Translations under genes and position numbers: made by a program
In this document: positions 62,395-64,000 of the stretch, piece after piece
How the letters are laid out: each line of letters begins with the position of its first letter
Position numbering within the stretch: the first letter of the stretch is position 1
NCBI GenBank assembly: GCA_963744145.1
Contig: CAVUSO010000001.1
Coordinates: 3,680,001 to 3,744,000 of the forward strand
DNA: 64,000 bases
Direction of reading: 5' to 3'
Origin: an uncultured cyanobacterium
Lineage (GTDB): Bacteria > Cyanobacteriota > Cyanobacteriia > Cyanobacteriales > CAWUOF01
The notes under the pieces: model-generated
What the model saw: the letters and a program-made list of their open reading frames with translations, nothing else
Databases searched by the model: none
Told to the model about the DNA's origin: nothing

Positions 62395-64000
62395 ATGTCA
62401 TGCTTAAACCTTACCAATCCTACTACGCCCGAGAGCATGATTCCCAACGCCCAGGGGGGAATGAATATCATAGGTATTGCAGGTGACAACCAACTCAATA
62501 TCAACACTACTAACAACCTGGTTTTACTGCAAGCAGGAAATGACTCACTTGAAGATTTTAAGGGCTTTAACACTGTAATTGCCGGATCAGGTAATGATCT
62601 GATCTCAGCATGTGGGGGCAATGATGTCCTCTATGGCAACCAGGGTGATGATACTTTATACAGCGACCCAGGCAATTCTACTCTCTATGGCGGTCAAGGT
62701 AACGACTATTTATATGCCAATGGTGGTACTAACCTGCTATCAGGCGATCAAGGAAACGATACGCTCATAGGTAGCGAATATAAAGATACGCTCATAGGTG
62801 GACAAGGTAACGACTATTTAATTGCTAGCACGGGCGAGCAGCTCCGCTATGGTAAGCTCTTATATGGTAACCAGGGTAATGATACTCTGATCGGTGGTCC
62901 AGGTAATGATACTCTCTATGGCGGTCAAGGCAACGATTATTTAATTGCTGGAGTTGGTAATAACTTCCTATCAGGCGATCAAGGGAACGATACGATCGTT
63001 GGTGGTCCAGGGAACAGTACGCTGGTGGGGGGTCAAGGTGACGATTATTTAATTGGTGGCAAAGGTAATGACCTCCTCTATGGCAATCAGGGTAATGATA
63101 CTTTACTAGCTGGCCGAGGTAATGATACCCTTTATGGCGGTCAAGGCAACGATTGTTTAATTGGTGGAATTGGTAATAACTTCCTATCAGGCGATCAAGG
63201 GAACGATACTCTCATCGGCGGTCCGGGTAACGCTACACTGATGGGGGGTCAAGGTGACGACTATTTAGTTGCTGGCAATGGCAATCAGTGCCTCTACGGT
63301 AACCAAGGTAATGATGTGCTCTATGGCGGCCCAGGAAACGATACGCTCTATGGTGGTCAAGGCAATGATTATTTAATTGCTGGTAGTGGTAATAACTTCC
63401 TATCGGGCGATCAAGGTGACGATACCCTCGTCGGTGGCAAGGGCAACACGACCCTGTTGGGAGGGCAAGGTAACGACTATTTAGTTGCTGGTAATGGCAA
63501 TCAGTACCTCGACGGCGGTCTGGGTAATGATACGCTCTATGGCGGCCCAGGGAACGATACTCTCATGGGTGGTCAAGGCAACAATTATTTAATTGCTGGT
63601 GCTGGTAATGACTTCCTATCAGGCGATCAAGGTAACAATACTCTCGTGGGTGGTCAAGGTAAGGATACTTTTAGCTTTGTCTGGTCAACTAGTGGGGCAG
63701 TGCCGATCGCTGGCACCACTAATGGGAGTCCGTTTGGATCAGACGTAATCCTCAATTTTAATTCACAGCAAGATCAAATTTTGCTAGACCATCGAATTTT
63801 CACAGCAATAACTAGCACACAAGCTGGAGTATTTGCTGAAGTTAACAATTTTAATTCTTCGGTGGTAGGTACTACCAATCCTCAACTTATTTACGATTCT
63901 AGCAGCGGGTTGCTATATTACACCCCTACTAGTGCCAAAAATGATGCCTTACCCATTATCCAACTTAGTCCAGGGCTGACTTTGAATAGTACGAACTTCG
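62395..64000 (+). CDS. RTX/hemolysin-type calcium-binding repeat protein, runs off window end (missing from ORF track)
   Basis: Open frame from ATG 62395 with dozens of GGQGNDxL / GNQGNDTL / GDQGNDT nonapeptides. Confidence 0.9.
   Translation, partial: MSCLNLTNPTTPESMIPNAQGGMNIIGIAGDNQLNINTTNNLVLLQAGNDSLEDFKGFNTVIAGSGNDLISACGGNDVLYGNQGDDTLYSDPGNSTLYGGQGNDYLYANGGTNLLSGDQGNDTLIGSEYKDTLIGGQGNDYLIASTGEQLRYGKLLYGNQGNDTLIGGPGNDTLYGGQGNDYLIAGVGNNFLSGDQGNDTIVGGPGNSTLVGGQGDDYLIGGKGNDLLYGNQGNDTLLAGRGNDTLYGGQGNDCLIGGIGNNFLSGDQGNDTLIGGPGNATLMGGQGDDYLVAGNGNQCLYGNQGNDVLYGGPGNDTLYGGQGNDYLIAGSGNNFLSGDQGDDTLVGGKGNTTLLGGQGNDYLVAGNGNQYLDGGLGNDTLYGGPGNDTLMGGQGNNYLIAGAGNDFLSGDQGNNTLVGGQGKDTFSFVWSTSGAVPIAGTTNGSPFGSDVILNFNSQQDQILLDHRIFTAITSTQAGVFAEVNNFNSSVVGTTNPQLIYDSSSGLLYYTPTSAKNDALPIIQLSPGLTLNSTNF

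Noticed and set aside
62352..62621. 89-aa minus-strand ORF
   Set aside because: Antisense to the RTX gene
1..64000. tRNA/rRNA genes, transposases, integrases, prophage genes
   Set aside because: None recognisable by eye; a covariance-model scan would be needed to exclude small RNAs

Overview
Cyanobacterial chromosome segment (dense HIP1 GCGATCGC sites; psbN, psbI, nblB, cpcS-like genes), probably from a filamentous strain. It has three zones. (1) 1-26.4 kb and 35.9-38.8 kb form a patchwork of repeatedly duplicated and deleted type II toxin-antitoxin, XisH/XisI and aspartyl-protease cassettes. These are interleaved with a family of signal-peptide TPR-CHAT protease genes (three complete genes with 5, 14 and 10 TPR units, plus three truncated copies). 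Many junctions fall on HIP1 sites or 5-8 bp microhomologies. (2) 26.5-35.9 kb is a HIP1-poor, histidine-centred operon: SLOG protein, full-length HisRS, EgtD-type Nalpha-methyltransferase, S9 peptidase, broken GNAT, OvoA/METTL9-like methyltransferase and M14/AstE deacylase. It lies divergent from an HTH-NB-ARC gene with phased 10-bp repeats upstream. This is the best candidate for an undescribed system. (3) 38.9-64 kb is ordinary core genome (ispG, frameshifted ctpC-like, leuS, sigG/anti-sigma, psbN, GH38, psbI, DUF3769, cpcS-like, nblB, an RTX gene running off the end) with several small MITE/REP-like elements. All family calls come from visual motif recognition; no searches were run.
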